The notes under the pieces are model-generated. The model had not been told where the DNA came from. It saw only the letters and a program-made list of their open reading frames with translations, and made no database searches. 64,000 bases of DNA from Kudoa neothunni (lineage: Eukaryota; Animalia; Cnidaria), in the NCBI GenBank assembly GCA_964304625.1, contig OZ199838.1, positions 7,148,035-7,212,034 on the forward strand. Direction: 5' to 3'. A program made the position numbers and the translations under genes. Shown here one piece after another: positions 29,202 through 41,632 of the stretch (the stretch's first letter is position 1; each line of letters starts with the position of its first letter).

Positions 29202-30403
29202 ATGTTCACAAAAAGATTCCTATCGTCTCCAAGTCCACTATTATATAAGATACATAGAATGCCGTTAACTAAGCAACAGACGTTTATGTACAAAATAGGA
29301 GGTGATTATTCTGAGTAAAAATTTTTAATATTTATTTTTTAGGAGAGAATCTTGGAAAAATTCTCGGAAATTTTTATCATGTGAACTTGAGATTAGATGA
29401 TGGTTGCCATGAGAATGGAATATCTGGCACCGATGCTCTCCTTATTGGAGGTTGTGTTTTGGGAAGACAACAAAGCTTTAAACTTTTTACAATTGTTAGG
29501 AACAATGAAAGGCATTAATGATTCGATAAAATTGATAGAGCAATATTTTTCGAATGATGGCTTACTGTATTCATTTTATTGTCCTCTTTGCTACAATTAA
29601 TTATAGGAAGTTTACTGATAAACAAATACTGCGATTAAAGTGAAAATATATTAATTTTTGTCATTTAATTATAAATCTATTGTAAATAGTGACCCAGTTA
29701 GAGTGAAAGGTTTTAATTGATCCTTTTGTTCAACTTTTACATTCTGCTCTATAGATCAGCCTTTTTGCCATCTAATTCGATCGTTTATTCATTACAAGAG
29801 GAAACCATTTGTACTTGATATTATGTTTTTCTATCTAATTGTAGTTTAGAAAACCAGAAAGCATTGTTATGTGATTTTCTCGCAGTTTATATGCATAATA
29901 AAAAAATTTTCTAATAGTATAAATCAACTAAATCCTACATTAGACATCCATGCAGTTTATGTCAGTTGTATATTAATGATGGTTACGTGATCACTTCTAA
30001 AGTAAAGCAAACTTAGATCAATAATCTCGGTTGGTTGAGATTTTATTTTTTTAGGATATTGACATGATTCTTGAATTCATCTGTACTGAAACCTATCGTC
30101 CATTTGATATTAAAACTGCAAGTATAAAAACTCATTAAGCTGGCATGTGTTTGAATTTATTTTAAGAGTTGTGCTATCGACAATATGACCATCTTATAAA
30201 TGTTTTAAAAGAAGCTCAAGATTTGGGTAGAATATTTTATCATGTGGATGGTTCTAATTTTGGCTTGATCGATAGGAAAAATACCAATGTACGTTCCAAA
30301 GCCTTATGAAACAGCCCCTGAACCTTTGGTTAACATTACGAAACCGAAAAATGTGCGATATAGGATTCCTCCTATAAATGATTTTATTGATAAACAATTT
30401 TAA
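29202..30403 (+). CDS. MRPS18B: Mitoribosomal S18-family protein (mS40/MRPS18B-like) with N-terminal KH-like domain; 11 exons, 247 aa
   Basis: Ten GT-AG introns give one phase-consistent 744-nt ORF. C-terminal HPCSLC..DIDMILEFICTET..LCYRQYDHLINVLKEAQDLGKIP follows the MRPS18B pattern (NPCPIC..LEQFVC..VCVKQHKRL..ARDHG). N-terminus MFTKRFLSS resembles a mitochondrial presequence. Confidence 0.75.
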
Positions 30404-31512
30404 GTGAACTTTGTGTTTTTAGTCAAAAAACTATTATTTGTCTGCAAAATTGCTGTTGTCTATTTGAAATTTTATAAAATCCCTTTATTGTGATCTAAGA
30501 TACTACAGTGGATGGCGGGTAATACGCACTTTTGCTTGTTCATATAGAATTTACTATTTAATAAGCACATTACTTAAGTTGGCGTTTATAAATTTAATTG
30601 AGTTTTTACATCTGAAAAATAATATTTATTAAAATATTTGAAGTCAATACCAGAAGAATAAAAGCCACTCCATTAAAAATTTTGTTGTTGTATTCATATT
30701 AAATTCAGACAGCATCCTACCCAAGAAATCACAAATTAAGGAATTAGGTGAAAATGGAGCCGTAAAAATTCAAGAGCAAAACAAACAATGAATTTAATAA
30801 CAAAATCTACGAATGGATTACTCGAATAAGTTCAAATATTTTAGAGTTGTTCATCATAGGAAATTATTTTCAAACAATGAAATTGTGAAGAAAATTATGT
30901 AAAACGTCCATGATGTTAGCTATGGTTGGTTTTAAGGTTTTAAAAACAGTTTAACACGCGTAGATTTAAATTATATAGCGATCCAAAAATCATTGATGAA
31001 TGTAAGCCTAAAAATTACTTTGAAAAATTATAAACTCGAGATGGAGTTAAATTTTAACTATGACAAAATTATAATTCCATTTTTGTGTAATTTTCTACGT
31101 AGAAAATATTAAAAGGGAAGAAGGAGAATCTTCGGTTGAACATGACGATTTTTAATTACCTAAAACATTATTCAAGTGTCACTTTTGGGATTTGTGGATA
31201 TCGAAGCAAAGACAATGAAAAAATTCCTACAGTTATCCCCGAGACCTTATCCTATCCTATTTAGGTGCAAATGATGAAGAAATGGCTCAATCATAAAACT
31301 ATTTATATGTCTCAAATAAAATTAATGTAACAACAAATGGTTCTATTTATTTCTAAAATTCCGCTTAAGAGTTAGAAAAAGACTTATTTAACATACAGAT
31401 TGGGGTTAAGAAACAAATAAAAATAATTTATGTTTTCTAAAGTAAAATATTACAATAATAATTAATGAATAATCGAATTTTGAATATACGCGTGCGCCTC
31501 AAGAGGTGCGTA

Positions 31513-32223
31513 CAGGACTGCCAGGGCTTGGTTTTTTTATGGTCACCTTGGTGGGTTCTTGGGGGGTTTTTTTCCATTTAATACAAAATCTTGGGGTTTT
31601 ATTAAAAACCTGTAAACATTAAAGAATGTTTAAATTTTTGTATGTACGGCATTAATATTTATATTTTTGATGACGTATCCTATTCAGATTATATCACGTA
31701 GCAGCGCTTCCCAACTAAAATTGGACTCGCACCCGCTTGCATACGATAAGGTGTAACTGACTCAAAATTTCTCAACAATTATTTTCTATTGTGATCGAAT
31801 CTCGCATACCCAAGCCCATAGTTCACACCCTTAGGGATGCGGGAACCGCTGTCATACAGGGTATAAAAATTTGCGATATTGAACGACAGACATTAGATTG
31901 TTTAACATGACACAATCACATAATTACTCAATAAACATTGTCACACATTATTAGGGAATTTAAGCGTTATTTCAAAATATATTTTGAACTACGAAGTAAT
32001 AAATTGTGAGTGTATTGATCTACACTAGACATTAAATATGAGTGAATGTTCATGCCAAAACGTTGCAATCACATGACGATAAATTTAAATTTAACGCCTG
32101 AAGACGTAATTATTGAATCGGAAGAAGGTTAAAAACTATAATAAATACGATTCTATTTTTTGTTGTAATTTAAACTAATGTTTTTCTCGACCTTGGGGTT
32201 TTTTAACTCCACTGGCAGCCCTG
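31513..32223. mobile_element. hAT-type MITE with perfect 8-bp TSD
   Basis: TIRs CAGGACTGCCAG / CTGGCAGCCCTG. GGTGCGTA at 31505-31512 and 32224-32231. Confidence 0.85.
31702..31851. mobile_element. 150-bp hAT-Charlie-type MITE nested in the previous element
   Basis: Ends CAGCGCTTCCC / GGGAACCGCTG. Degenerate flanks TCACGTAG / TCATACAG. Confidence 0.55.
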
Positions 32224-32485
32224 GGTGCGTATTACCCAGCATTGTTGGCTAATTCGCACTTTTCTCCAGTCCCGGAGGGATTACGTATTACTCGTCACCC
32301 ACTGTAATATGGCGCGTATGATTAAAATGGGCTAAATTTGAGGGCCAAGCTATTTGAGCCAAATTTTTTATTGAAAATTTTATTATAAAACTTAATATAC
32401 AGTTTTGCTTCTCTCGTCTATCTCTGCATTTAAACTTTAATCATATATTCACGTTCGCATGCGTCAATGTGTAACTAATCCGCTA

Positions 32486-33658
32486 ATGCCGATCGATGAC
32501 AATATTGATAAAGGAAAAGAGCGAAAAAGAAAGCAAGATATATCTGAAGATTCAAAAGGTAGACATTAGCGTTATTAGGTTAAATGAACTTGAGTCATTA
32601 ATTCGTAGCAAATACAAGCTCCCTCGAAGAATCATTGTTAGAAGAGGACCTTGTGTTGTTGGGCGGTAAACTCGATAATTTTTAACGGGAAAATTTAAAA
32701 CATTAATAAATCCAGAAATTGATATTGAAAAATTTGAGACTAACGCTCAACCTGACAAAACTGCAAAATTAATCAAAATAAATCCACGATTGAGGGGTGC
32801 CCCTATTATCCCCTATTTGGATAATGGTGTGTGGGTGTATGATCCGACAATTAAAGCCGACCTTCAAATAAATGAAAGTACCGTCTGTGTGTTACTTAGT
32901 GTGAAGTTCCACATGTTTAATCCTAACTATATTCACGAACGTTTCAAAGAAGTGCACCATAAATATCGAGTTTGTGTGTTTTTGGTGTTTTGTGATGTGG
33001 TAAGCTATGCTTATTACGTACTATAACGTAACATGATAATATATTAATTAATTAACTATAAATATATATATATATATATACATATATTTTTTTTTGAAAA
33101 TTATAACTATTTAAAACAGTTATTTTATGGTGTACTCTTATCTTACGCTTGTCTAGCAAGAACCCTCTCATGTGATGAAAGAATTAAATCTTATAGCCAT
33201 AAATGAGAAAGCTAGTTTAGTTGTAGCATGGAGTCTACCAGAAGCTAGCCATTATATCATGTCGCTTAAGAAAAAACAAGATACAATTATGGTTGGAACC
33301 AAAATATCCACTGACACCACACACCAAGATCATGTAATATGTATTTGCTCCATTAAATATAAGAAATCGTAGATTGTTGACATTTTGACGTCAATAAAAG
33401 GAATCAATTCTACCGATGCTAAATTGCTTTGCTCCAGATTTCACGTAGGTTTTATTTGAGTAATAATTAACTATTAATAACCCCTTATGCAGTCATTCAA
33501 AAATATAATCAACGCTTCAAAAGAGGAGATGACCAAATGCAATGGAATAGGCCCAAACAAAGTAACAACATAAACAACTAACTCAAAACTATCTACAAAA
33601 TAATGTTGTATTTTAGGCTGAAATACTTTACAAAATGTTCCGTCAAAATCTTCAATAA
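32486..33658 (+). CDS. ERCC1: DNA excision repair protein ERCC1/Rad10, 7 exons
   Basis: INPRLRGAPII..ADLQIN..LSVKFHMFNPNYIHERF..VAWSLPEASHYI (Rad10 domain) and LTSIKGINSTDA..CNGIGPNKA (tandem HhH). All introns GT-AG and in phase. Confidence 0.93.
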
Positions 33659-33685
33659 ACATTAACGTTTTTGCTATGTATAATT

Positions 33686-34060
33686 TCATTCTTTTTTACT
33701 CCCTTTTGCACAACACTCGCAGCCATTAACCATCGTGGAAGAATTTGCATAGTTGTCGATTAGATGTTTCAATTCTGGTCGATTCACATAGATACTTTCT
33801 TCCCCAGTAGTAGTGATTCTAATTTGAAATACGTTTTTGAGTATGGTTTCCCTAAAATTATTCAAATTTTTCACGATATAATCTGCATCTTTATGCTGAT
33901 TTTCGTTAATTGTTTCTCTAATCATTTTTATTGCTTTCATTCGTGTTTCTGGATCGTCTTCAAAAACTCTTTTTAAAGAACGCAATAGCTTTAGATATGC
34001 AATTTTAATCTAAATCAATTAAATAATACGAACTTAAACAATGACAAGTACGCCAAACAT
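33686..34060 (-). CDS. LYRM7: LYR-motif protein, LYRM7/MZM1-like complex III assembly factor
   Basis: YLSLFKF|LLRSLKRVFEDDPETRMKAIKMIRETINENQH aligns with LYRM7 VLQLFKTLHRTRQQVFKND..ARIKINEEF. The ATG at 34060 is one base out of that frame, or exon 1 is only MFG. Confidence 0.7.
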
Positions 34061-35949
34061 TTGAAAATGTTATGCGTGCGCGTGATGTGGTTTTAGTATG
34101 ATCCATCCTATTGCGTGTGAAAATTCTTAGAATGATTAACATGATTCAAGGATGTTGATATTGCAGTTTTAAGTTGTGTAGATTATGAAATAAATAAAAT
34201 AACGGACTATATGATAAATTTCTAAAATAAGTTATATTTTAACTAATTTAATTCTCGGGAGACGTAGGTTCAAAACTTTGGGCATGTGTCAATGCGCAAA
34301 GTGAAAAGTTGTCCACATACGCGCAAACAAAAACAACTAATAATTAGGCCTCTACATAAACTTCGAAGAATATATTTCGGCAATTAAATACAAGAAATCC
34401 ATACTTTTGAAGGTGTGGTAATTTTCACGCATATTTTGTAGGCAGTGTCTATTGGCCCGGCAGATAAGTTTTATGATCGTTTTGCCTTTTTTTCATTATA
34501 AAAAGAAAAAGAAGATTGGTTGTCTTATGATTGCTATATTACAGGGGTGGCCGAAACGGGACTCTGAATGTTATGGTGTAGTTCTGGAAAAATTTGTGGC
34601 TGAGTTTAGTTTTTTTAAAATTCAATAAGCGCGTTAATTCAGAAAGATTCAAAGTTTGAACTATTTTATTAAGAGAAGAAATGAACTCTTTAATCCCGAC
34701 CTAGATAATATTTTTTAATAGAAAACATAGTTACGAACTATTATACAGTTTTAATATTTTATGCAAGCTAGAATTATTTCTAGTTTCATTAGGAAATACA
34801 ATTAGAACTAGTGTTTATCCATTGCTAAAGTGATATATATCGCAAGAATAAAACACATGTAAAAGCTTTAAAAGGAGGGTAGACGAGTGCAATTGAAAAT
34901 AGCCACGGACTCGCTCCTTAGTTAGTCCAGAAATGATCCGACTCATACCACACCCCGACGTCATTTAAACTAATCGACATGTGCTTCCTCCAAACTGCGG
35001 AAACTATTTGCTAGAATCGGAGCTTAAATGATAATTCCAATTCTATTATTGTATGAAAAAAGTTATGGGTTCATTAAATGTAAAAAAAGAAAATATAATG
35101 CCGACAAAAGAATATTTAGCCCAGAATGGGAAGAAGAATTTTCCTCCAACTTGTTTCCATCTTTGGAATATCTCATTGTTGTCAATCTCTTTATTCAACG
35201 ATAAAGTTTGTAAAAACGAAACATCGCGGACCTTCATAAACATACACCCGGCGGAACTAATTAGTATGGCTTTAACAGCATACGAACTAGGTTTCCGTCA
35301 ATTCACTGATAATATGGAAACACTTTCAAAAAAATGTTTTCGCATGCATTAATTGCTTGTTTTATTATTTTATTCCTAAATATTTAATTTTATATTTTGT
35401 CAGATTACCATCCATGATTTTAAATATTCTATTTTTTTTGTGATCTTTCTCATTGAGAAAAAATTTCTTGGATCATTAACTATTAATATACTTTTTTTGA
35501 AATCACATGAATTATACCTGTAAAAATTGTTAGTTTTCCAGCGATTAACCGAATAAGAAAAAAATTATAAAATCTTTATTTATAATTCTACAACATTATC
35601 TTAATATTCACCAAAAATTTTCAAAAAACCTAAGTTTTAAACAAGGGAGTGATGTACATAAATGATTTTAATGCTTTTCGGCTCTTGAAAATTTGGGAAA
35701 CCTTAAAGTTGGCTCCCATTCTGAGCAAGTCTGACCTCCCCTGGAATATACGGTACATTAAATAGTTCGAAATCATATTTAAGATGAGAGTGATAACTGT
35801 CGTGACTCAAGTCACGGATAAACATTGTTATTTAAGTTAACACACGGCATCAGCAAAATGTTGTCGATTATATTTTGAATAATTGAATTTTTTATCGCGC
35901 TCTAAAAGAATTATTAAAATCGCGGCATGACAGCGAAATCAGAAAAAGA

Positions 35950-36570
35950 GGAATCAGAAAATGTGTGCTACTTATCACAACTAGACAAGAAATTCGAAAC
36001 ACTGAACACTGGAATTTACACAAAGCGTTTTTCAGACTTTCATAAACTAGTTAGAACAGTTGCTTAGTTCATCCGATTTTTATCACATTCAATGCGTCCA
36101 TATGTTTCCTCCAACAAACTAACTCACGTAGAATTAAACGCGTCGAAGTTACTGCTAATAAAAAGTCTTTAAGAAACCTGACCAACAAATAAATTTGATA
36201 CAATTATAACAAAAATAAAAGATGAAATTTGTCTCAAATATGATTTGTTCATTTATGATCAAGGGTTCCTAAGATGCGGCGGCAGACTCAAAAACAATAA
36301 TTTACGTTCGGATATTATCCACCGACTATTTTTTCCAAAAGAATGTCATCTAACAAAGCCTATCATTTTACATCTACATAATCTTGGTGGGTATTACGGA
36401 AAAAATGAAACATTAGTGAGACTTATTCAAAATTATTGGACGCAGCATCCCCGGAAAAATGTGAACAAGACGATTAAATCATGCTACCATTGTCAGAAAT
36501 ATCAACAAAATCCCTTGCGCTTACATGAATTACCACCTCTGTCATCGTTCAGAATGCAAGAATCCTCACC
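35950..36570 (+). mobile_element. BEL/Pao LTR retrotransposon pol fragment (pre-integrase and zinc-binding region)
   Basis: FSDFHKLVRTVA, DQGFLRCGGRL, LHLHNLGGYYGKNETL..YW..CYHC..PPLSSFR. No LTRs seen. Confidence 0.8.
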
Positions 36571-36999
36571 AGGAAGGGGTGGTCAAACATCAATTGAGAA
36601 AAAATTAATTGCAATGATGACTTTTTACGACACTAAATTTCTAACAAAATATAATTTAAATCGAATGTTTTCTGTTCTATTGATAACATTTACTACTTAA
36701 ATGAAGTTTGTTCCAAAAAATGACACAAGATGTTCTAGTAGTGTTGGAATTGTTGGCAGATGCGAAAAGATAAAATGTTATTTAGCTGAACTCGCTTTTA
36801 TCTGTGTAAAAAATATGATGGATTACTGTAGGGTATGGATGTAACGCAGAAAATGGGAAGATAAAAACTACTGCGTTGCACCCATTTTAGTGTCGGATGC
36901 ATTCCAATAACGCGTGCGTTAAGACAAAAATATCAATTTTCCATCGACAATATAACCAATAATAATTTAATTTGAAACAAAAATTAAGTTGTATAGTTT

Positions 37000-37800
37000 T
37001 TCTTATTAAAATACCGTGTCATATTTTTTGTTCTGACCAGGCTGTTCAAATATTGAGTCAGCCATTTCAAGTTCGACTTATTGTCAAGCATTGGCAAAAT
37101 TTTATTTATAAAGGATCTTTCAACTTTTTCCAGTTATTCTGATGTTTCTTGGTTTGATATAATAACTTTATCAATAAAATCAAAGTCGTCATCATGCCTG
37201 CCAAAATCAGACAAATCTGGTGTTGTCACAATTTCAGAGCTGTCGACTGTGTTGCTTTCAAGAGTTTCTTCGACAGATTTTTGTTAATTTTAATGATTTC
37301 TCCTCTTTAATCAGCTCAATTATGTCGTGTTTAAATGGATCATCGTCCGAATTATCATTTAGTGAATTTTCAGTGAGGAAAAATGATTTCCTAAAATAGT
37401 TAATTATGGTATACCTTTTAACATATTTCCATGATTTGGTTGTCAAATGAATGGCATCTAAGGTAACAAGTAGAGTTAGGGCAGTGTTACCCACCTTTTT
37501 TCTATCGTGTCCCATTTTTTCTTTGAAATAAGTTCCGCGACCCACCTTTTTCAAATGTATTGATTTTTTAACTTAAACTGCTTATAATTTTGAATCAAGC
37601 TTCATGCCACGTTAAAATTAGAAAATGACTAATATATATTTCTTTTTCGTTAGAATTAAAATATATTCGATCGGATCTAATTTAATTCATAGATGGACAT
37701 TAAAAATGAACATTTTTACTTCTTCATCCACTCAAAAACCTCGTTAAATGCAACTTGTGGTAATCCAACCCGCATCAGGCAAAACTTTTCTGTATTTGGG
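37000..37800 (-). mobile_element. pogo/Tigger transposase C-terminal remnant
   Basis: TLDAIHLTTKSWKYVKRYTIINYFRKS is typical of the DDE_1 C-terminus. Confidence 0.6.
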
Positions 37801-38203
37801 GCTTATAAATCGAGATTAAATAATTAATAATGGCAATTAATCAATATTGTCTTTGGATAAGTCAAAAAAAGAGGGGGTCACGGTTATAAATTTTACAACA
37901 TTTGAATATACTCATTCCAATTCTATTGAACAAAAACCATGTTAAACGTTTTTATCTTTTCTTATATAAATTGATCAATGTTTTTGTATTCTTTTATGAT
38001 ATTAACGTTCGCTTAAAAATAAATAAGATCAAAAATCGAAGTATTGATTTCAATGTACGCCATACTGCCTAATTATCTCACAATTATCCATGTCACAGAA
38101 ATGCCCCGGATTTTCTACGTCCTACAAGCGCCGTTCATTAAACGCTGAAAGATTTACATGCCCCGCCGGTGGGATGTCACCCCCACGTTGGGAAACACTG
38201 AGT

Positions 38204-39862
38204 TAGGGCATGCAATTTTCGACTTTCATTTTTCGCGCTGATTTTAGCGATAAAGTTTTAAATGTTTTCTAGCATGATTCTTATTATATGTGTTAACAAA
38301 CCTGAAAGGATATAGGGTTTTCTGATCAAAGTGAGAATTGTTGCACTTAATGCAAGATTAGTGCGATTAAATTGGTTATAATAGATAATATTTTTATTTC
38401 ATTTATTATTTAACCAACGGTAAAAAAATTAGCTTCCCTCCTTAACCTCCACGGCTTAAATTAAAAGGGGGTTTTCCCGATCAAGTTAAGATTGAACGTT
38501 TTTTGATTCATAAAGTAAATAACTATATTTAAATTATAAAGAGCTTATTTAAAAATATATTATTTATATTTATTTCGTTGTAAACTTTTGATATTAGGAT
38601 GGAACTAAACGCAAAAAATATCCAAATTATAAAAGTGATTTCCTCCATCCCTGATGAAGATAGAATTAAAATTATCAACAAATATCCAAAGATCTTTTAA
38701 TTCATTATAAATCCGTTTGGATAATCATAAACAATTATAACAAGAATGGTTGCATACGTACCCAGAATCGTGGTGTCGATAAAAAGTCAAAGTTGCCCCA
38801 TGCTCAAAAACTTGAAATTTTATCTTAGATTGACTCTAACTCTTTATTGAGGCTAAATGACATAAAAAGAATGATTCAGAACCAATTTAATATCTCTGTG
38901 AGCAAAAGCACGGTTGACAGAATACTTTAAAATTTTCATTACACCATAAAATGTACCGTACCAATTCCTGAACGAAGGAATTGTGTATCTACAATCGAAA
39001 CTAACACCTACGCAAAGGATTTTAGAAAATTCGATCTGGATATGGAAGATAAAACATTTATCTTTATGGATGAAGTTGGCTTTGCTATTGTTACGCGACC
39101 AAAAAGCGGACGGGCTGCTCGAGGGGCTTCTCCATATGTTTCTGTTTCGGCCTCAAGAAGCAGAAACGTTTCAGTAGCAGCATCCATAAATAAATATGGA
39201 ATGATATTTCATAAGATTCATGATAAGGCTGTGAACGGAGAGGATTTTTCAAGTTTTCTGATTGAAATAAAGGAGGTATGTACATTAAAAAACATTAACG
39301 ATCCTATTTTTATCATGGACAATGCGCGTACTCACCATTATAAAGGTCTACAAGACACTATAGACATGCTCGGACTCAAGCTATTCTTCTGGCCGCCATA
39401 CTCCCCATTTCTGAATCCAATAGAAAACATATTTTCTGTTTGGGAAAATTTAATAATAATAAGAGGCGAAGCGAAAAATGAAATGGAACTGAAGGAGTTA
39501 ATATCTAATAAATTTGAAGAAATTACCGCTTCTCATTGTGATAGCTTCTCCAGAAAAATTCTAAGATATCTCTAAAAGGCTGAAAATAGGGAAATAATAC
39601 ATCAATAATATATTTTAATCCAAATAAATTTAAATATATATTTGTTGCTGTTATATTGTTAACCAGTTTTTATGCACAATTTAAGTTTAAGTTAGTTAAA
39701 ATGAGTCTCATTAATTGCAACAATTCTCATTTTGATCGGGAAACTCTATAATTAAAAAGTGTCTCGAACTGATCTAATTTTTTTAAATTTAGGACTTTTG
39801 TCGCAGAAAAAAATGTCATGAAATTCGGTGCGCATAATAAATGTCAAAAATTATATGCCCTA
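38204..39862. mobile_element. Small TIR element (TAGGGCAT ends, hAT-like) split by the Tc1-like insertion
   Basis: TAGGGCATGCAATTTTCGAC / GTCAAAAATTATATGCCCTA inverted pair. TSD not convincing. Confidence 0.5.
38313..39748 (+). mobile_element. Tc1/IS630-like DD34E transposon, disrupted N-terminal half
   Basis: TA-flanked TIRs TAGGGTTTTCTGATCAAAGTGAGAATTGTTGCA / TGCAACAATTCTCATTTTGATCGGGAAACTCTA. FMDEVGF, MDNARTH, PPYSPFLNPIE (D-34-E). Confidence 0.9.
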
Positions 39863-41632
39863 ATTATAGTATATATTTATTGTTGTAATGTGTTTTTTAT
39901 ATTTTTGTAAGTGAAAATTTTTGATATGGAGTTTTAATAACAATTCTAATGGAAGATAGTAATTGTATGGTTCACCCAAAAAGTTTTTTAGTAAGATTGT
40001 TTAAACAAAATGTCAGTAATAACAACCATTAATCATATAACAAGTTTTACTAGATTCTAGATATGAAATTAAGACGGTTTCAACAGAAAACCCGAAATTT
40101 ACGCAAATTGGTGGCACGAAAAACCGGGCTTTAGGCCCGGGACGGTTAACCGACGATATCACTTTGTTCTTATGAGAAGATCCAGAGAGCCGTGATATAT
40201 CTCAATAATACCATATTCGGAATTGTTTTGAGATTATTTCCCACAATTAATACAAAATTTGATGATAATTAATCTATTATTTTTTTACATACATTGACCT
40301 TATAAAAAACTATGGATAATTCTTATTTAAAAAGCGTTAGAGGAGTACTGTTTTTGAGGTCGTTAGGGGGCTACAAATAAATTTGTTGGGCGAATAACAA
40401 TATCTCTATAACAAATCAAACTCAAAAAGGCTAGAGTTTTGTTTAGGCAGCAAAAACTCCCACCACGTCTTTTGGAACGAGATTACCATTTCCCAAGGGG
40501 CTCTCAAACATAATAAACTGTAAGTTTAAAGTGCATGGCTTAGGCACCCAGTGAATCATCATAAAATCAGAGAAAAGCCAAAACAAATCATAGTGTGGCC
40601 CATTCGTAGGGTAATGCAGGATTGACTAATAGGCGAACCTATGAGTTTGACCTGCCAACAATCTGCGTCCTGCCTGGAAAACCCTATCCCTTCAAAGACG
40701 TTGGCTCTAAGGGGTCTGCTCAAAAAGGCTAATGAATTTAGCAAATTTTACTTAATGGGGTAAATTTTTGATAAGATTTTTGTTTATTCATATTATGTAA
40801 TTTATAAAATTTCGTTGTAAATATTATAGAACGAACTGAATACATAATCAAGTTTTGTTTTTATTATTTTGAAATTCCAAAAATATATCCATAAAGATCA
40901 ACAATGCGTTTATCAATATCAAATTCTCTGTTAGTTGTAAAAAGATACTTGAGGCACACTTATTTTTCTCGAATTAAATTTTATCTTTAAATTATATCGA
41001 TATTAAATGCAGTGTTGTCGGTGTTTCAAGCACTCCAGATTCATAGTAAATTATGTCAACGTCAACAAACAATATTTATCAAAATTTCCACCGTTAGTAA
41101 CTCATGTCTTAACTACGCCTATTCTTAAATTTTCATTAAAACTCATTAGAATTAAAAAATCTAAATCATAAATTCATTCTCAGTCATTAAATTATTTAGC
41201 GCATGTTCGTCTATCGAATTCTCATTGTAAAATATTCCCCCTTTTTAAGTTGTGCTAATTATTTACTTATACAATAATAGATTGCATAATTGTATCACAT
41301 CAAAATGCGTGCGATAAATTAAGTTACTAATTGAATCGCACGTACTTCCAATCAAAAATTCGATTGATTATTGAAAATTACAATGTGTGAGATTTACTTA
41401 AAATTTTCTATTATTAATTACTACTTAAAAGTCGAAATAATTTAAGAAATGTTTTTTATAATTTCATCTAGAGGTAATAGTTTTCGATAAAAATATATAC
41501 TTCAAACTGCTTGATGACGGACAAATTATCGCTTAAAATACAGACTAATTGGTAGGTTGACTTGAACAATTATAAATTAATCCATCATTAATTGGTGCAC
41601 TAAAAAGTAATTAAGATATTATATCGATAAAA

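Larger units (their letters stand above)
30506..32304 (+). mobile_element. Decayed pogo/Tigger element hosting nested MITEs
   Basis: TA-flanked TIRs CAGTGGATGGCGGGTAATACG / CGTATTACTCGTCACCCACTG. CENP-B-like remnants (KIYEWITR, SYGWF). Confidence 0.75.

Noticed and set aside
34542-35743. hAT-like ends CAGGGGTGGCC / GACCTCCCCTG as one element
   Set aside because: The 8-bp flanks do not match (CTATATTA vs GAATATAC), so they may be ends of two different elements.
40560-40700. SRP RNA (GCAGGTCAAACT on the minus strand)
   Set aside because: The helix-8 GNRA loop and Alu-domain motifs could not be found; kept only as an unexplained island.
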